Shown one piece after another: positions 60,969 to 64,000 of a DNA stretch of 64,000 nucleotides; within the stretch, counting starts at the first letter, position 1; every line of letters starts with the position of its first letter. Below the pieces are notes generated by a model. It ran no database searches, was not told where the DNA came from, and saw only the letters and a list, made by a program, of their open reading frames with translations. Source of the DNA: Phoronis australis (Eukaryota > Animalia > Phoronida); NCBI GenBank assembly GCA_002633005.1, contig NMRA01000349.1, positions 1 to 64,000 of the forward strand, written 5' to 3'. The translations under genes and the position numbers were made by a program.

Positions 60969-62954
60969 AATCATTATTGGAATAGGGGATATTAATTAGC
61001 CTGATTGGTAATTTTGCATTCTGTCATTCAATGTTATTTGTTACTGATATTTGTTTGGGTAGTCCGGGCAGAAAGAGGTATTGATTTGGCTTGTCAGTGT
61101 CTGTTCGTCACCTCATTTATTTGAGATTTGTCTAACGCAAAACAATCAATTTTGAGCAGTCTCTGTTAAAAGATAAGTATAACAGTGCACAGGAAGTCCA
61201 AGAAACGACGTCACATATGGATAAACCCTATAGTGAAATGTGTGTCCGTATAGTAATTAAAAAACGAAATAACAAATTGCGAGAAAGCCATTTGTTCCAC
61301 TTTGAGAACGAGAAGGAAAGGGGGGTTGTGGGAAGAGCCAAGGAGAGGGAAGAGTAAGAGATAGTGGGACAGGAAGACTTTTACTAAGGTAGCAAACAGG
61401 AAATCGGCAAAATAATAAAAACAAGGTATTGTGCATCTTTGAAAATTACAAAACTGAAGGGAAGACAAATTTTGAGGCACAGTACAGTTCTATTGTTTTT
61501 GAAATTTATATTGAAAGTGGAACGAAATGCTGAGGGAGTTCTAATAAGATGTGCTAACTGCAATATTCTATCGCAAAACTTTTATTCAAATAAAAGATAA
61601 ATTGATGAGAGAAATACATTTTGTACAGATACATACTTACGTACGTACTTGCATTTGTATATAGAAATATAACCTGGTTTTCCACATGCAAACATCTTAA
61701 GAACTGTCTATGTATTATAAACTTTAATTGGAGCTTGAGCAAGGGCTAGCCAAGGTTTGTCGGACATTTTAGTGCGGTGTGGGGCACTCCCTGGGTTGTG
61801 CAATAAACCCCGTTATTGCTTACATTGTATTGAAATGTGTTAATGAGCTAATCAATGCAAGAAGCGACGTAAATAGCACATAACATACCTTACTGAAAAT
61901 GATACTAACGCCTGTTACACGAGGACGATTTGGCGTTCTCTCAGACTATTGGCTTGCAGAAATACTGTACGTTACGGGGAATGAAGAATGCGAATATTAT
62001 TGTATTCAGGAGCTATGAATAATGGCCCATGAATAAGCAAACAACCAGTTACAAATATCGTTTTATAACTTAAGTTTGCCGCTTCTTATTTCAAATTGTC
62101 TAGGTTGTCAATCAATCCGTGCCCGCTATAAGAAAATTGCAGTGACGCTGCTCGGATTTACCGCCAATCCTGGCGTTTGAATATTGTGGTTTAGTCATCG
62201 CTGTGCTTCGGAGCAGAAGAGGTACTTGTTACGGAGTATGGTACATAAGAAGTTTTGTACCGCAGTGTCGGGTGGGGCTAGTTCGTGCTCTAATGTGGCG
62301 TTTTTAACTGAATACGGAATGTAGATATACTAAATATTTTGGTTACTGTAGATTTCTGGCTTAAATATTGAAAATACCTCCTCAGGTGGCAGTAATCATT
62401 TAACTGATCTGGTTCAATTCAAAGTTTGCTCATAGAGTTTCTAATGAGGTTTGGTTTAATCAGTGTTACTTGTGAAGAAAATTTTATTCAGTTCACTCTC
62501 ACAATATACGAGAGGCTGTTATCGCCAGAGAGATATTTCTAAACTGAAATTGTTCAGGTTATGTTTCAAGGCGATTGTATTCACAAAAGTTTTCTGCATT
62601 TTTCATGGTTTTTCTCGTTCATAGGCGCCAGAAATGTTTGCTTTAGTGGGGAGAGGTGAAACAAGTGAGAACACAAACCAATCCTCTCTCCCCAACCTCG
62701 TCTCCGCCACGGACACGCAGTTTTGCATCTAGATCCGTGACATCAGGTTCACTCCACTCCATACTTAAGTTATAGACTCTTGGCAACTGTTGGTTGGAGA
62801 AGTGTACCCAAACTAATTCGACTTCGTCAACATTTGCCCCGTGGCCCTGCATTCATATTCCTTCGTATCTCCACCGCTTCAACCGACTCGTCGTCAATGT
62901 CCCACCTTCTTCGCCATTGGCGTCCGGACAGTGCTGTTCAGGAGCACACGTACA

Positions 62955-63175
62955 CATGCGCGCACCCAGCCTTTAATATGGGAGGACTCGAATTTCTGTC
63001 GATGTGGATCTTTTGCTGACAAAAAACGGGGAGGACTGAAAAAACGGGGTACTACATTCACTGCGCGTCTGTGCCAGTTTAGTGGACTTTTGTCTCGTTT
63101 TCTCGGACGTTTTCTTTCTCTGAGGCGGACCTTTTTGCCCACTTCGCCAAATGGGCCACCTTGGGTGCGCGCATG
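62955..63175. mobile_element. MITE, CATGCGCGCACCC family
   Basis: Same TIR and body as 56964; TSD GTACA/ATACA. Confidence 0.85.
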
Positions 63176-64000
63176 ATACATGTCAGAATGTTTAGTTGTA
63201 CCCAACTAATCTCAATTCATCTCAACTTATCCTGCCATCACCATGCCAGCCTGTTGCTGATGTCATTTTTGTTAGCACCCTGCCCCCGCAGGTGGTGCAG
63301 CGATTAGCACAGTGTCACGATTAGCACCGTGGTGGAATGTTGTTCAACATGGCTTCTCATTGGTTAAAGTAGTGCCGGCAGACCGATCGAGACCACTCGC
63401 ACTGACAAAAGACTAAGGCATGCCGTTCCCTGCTGTTTTATCGGAATAAATGGTTCTAATCATGAATGCCGTATACATACAAAGATAGTTTTCGACACTT
63501 GTATAAAATTACGGACAAGTAAAAGTCCTGCGCCAACGATTGACCAACAACCGAGACCGACTATGGCGGGCTAGGCTAAGCGTGTTTTATTTGGTTTAAT
63601 TAACTCTGGAAAACAAACAGTATAAGCAGAATAACGAACATGCAACATCAAAATATTGAATAAAATTTCTACAGTTAGAATATCCTGACAGTTAAACTTG
63701 CAAAAATATGGAAAATAAATTTAGACGCGACTTGGCTACCGCGGGCGGGCGGCTGACTGCCAAGAGAATTTCAATTTTTGGCGAAATAATTTCAAGTAGA
63801 AAACGTGCCATGATGTCAAATGGTATAATGGTATTAATGAGTTTAAAGTACAAGGAATAATTCCCACTTAGCCAGAAACATTCGTATACGCTGCTAGCGC
63901 CTGGCCTGCCGTGCTCGGACCTGAGCTGCGCCGGGCAAGATAAAAACATTAATTAGCTACCTGACCCTGCATGAGTGAAATTCTTGTGACAAAGAGATTG

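Overview
AT-rich (by eye) spliced-gene eukaryotic DNA, most consistent with an invertebrate animal; the species cannot be determined from this window. Most ORF-track entries are spurious and much of the window is nested transposable elements: Kolobok, Academ, PIF/Harbinger, EnSpm/CACTA-like, MULE-like, a solo LTR, Helentron-type elements and MITEs. Two host genes were reconstructed by hand from splice sites and reading frame. (1) A + strand three-exon gene (58746-60844, 346 aa) with a RING finger, a ubiquitin-like domain and a TerD-like domain. (2) A minus-strand multi-exon gene (ATG about 34942, traced down to 3021) with a TRADD-N-like domain followed by a low-complexity linker; it has a 19-kb TE-filled intron and a GC-AG intron. 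A heavily decayed Toll-like-receptor-like relic (LRR, LRRCT and TIR motifs) lies at about 35900-38050. A Helentron-type repeat family carries co-oriented arrays of near-consensus CTCF motifs spaced about 145 bp apart. All domain and family calls come from motif recognition by eye; no searches were run.
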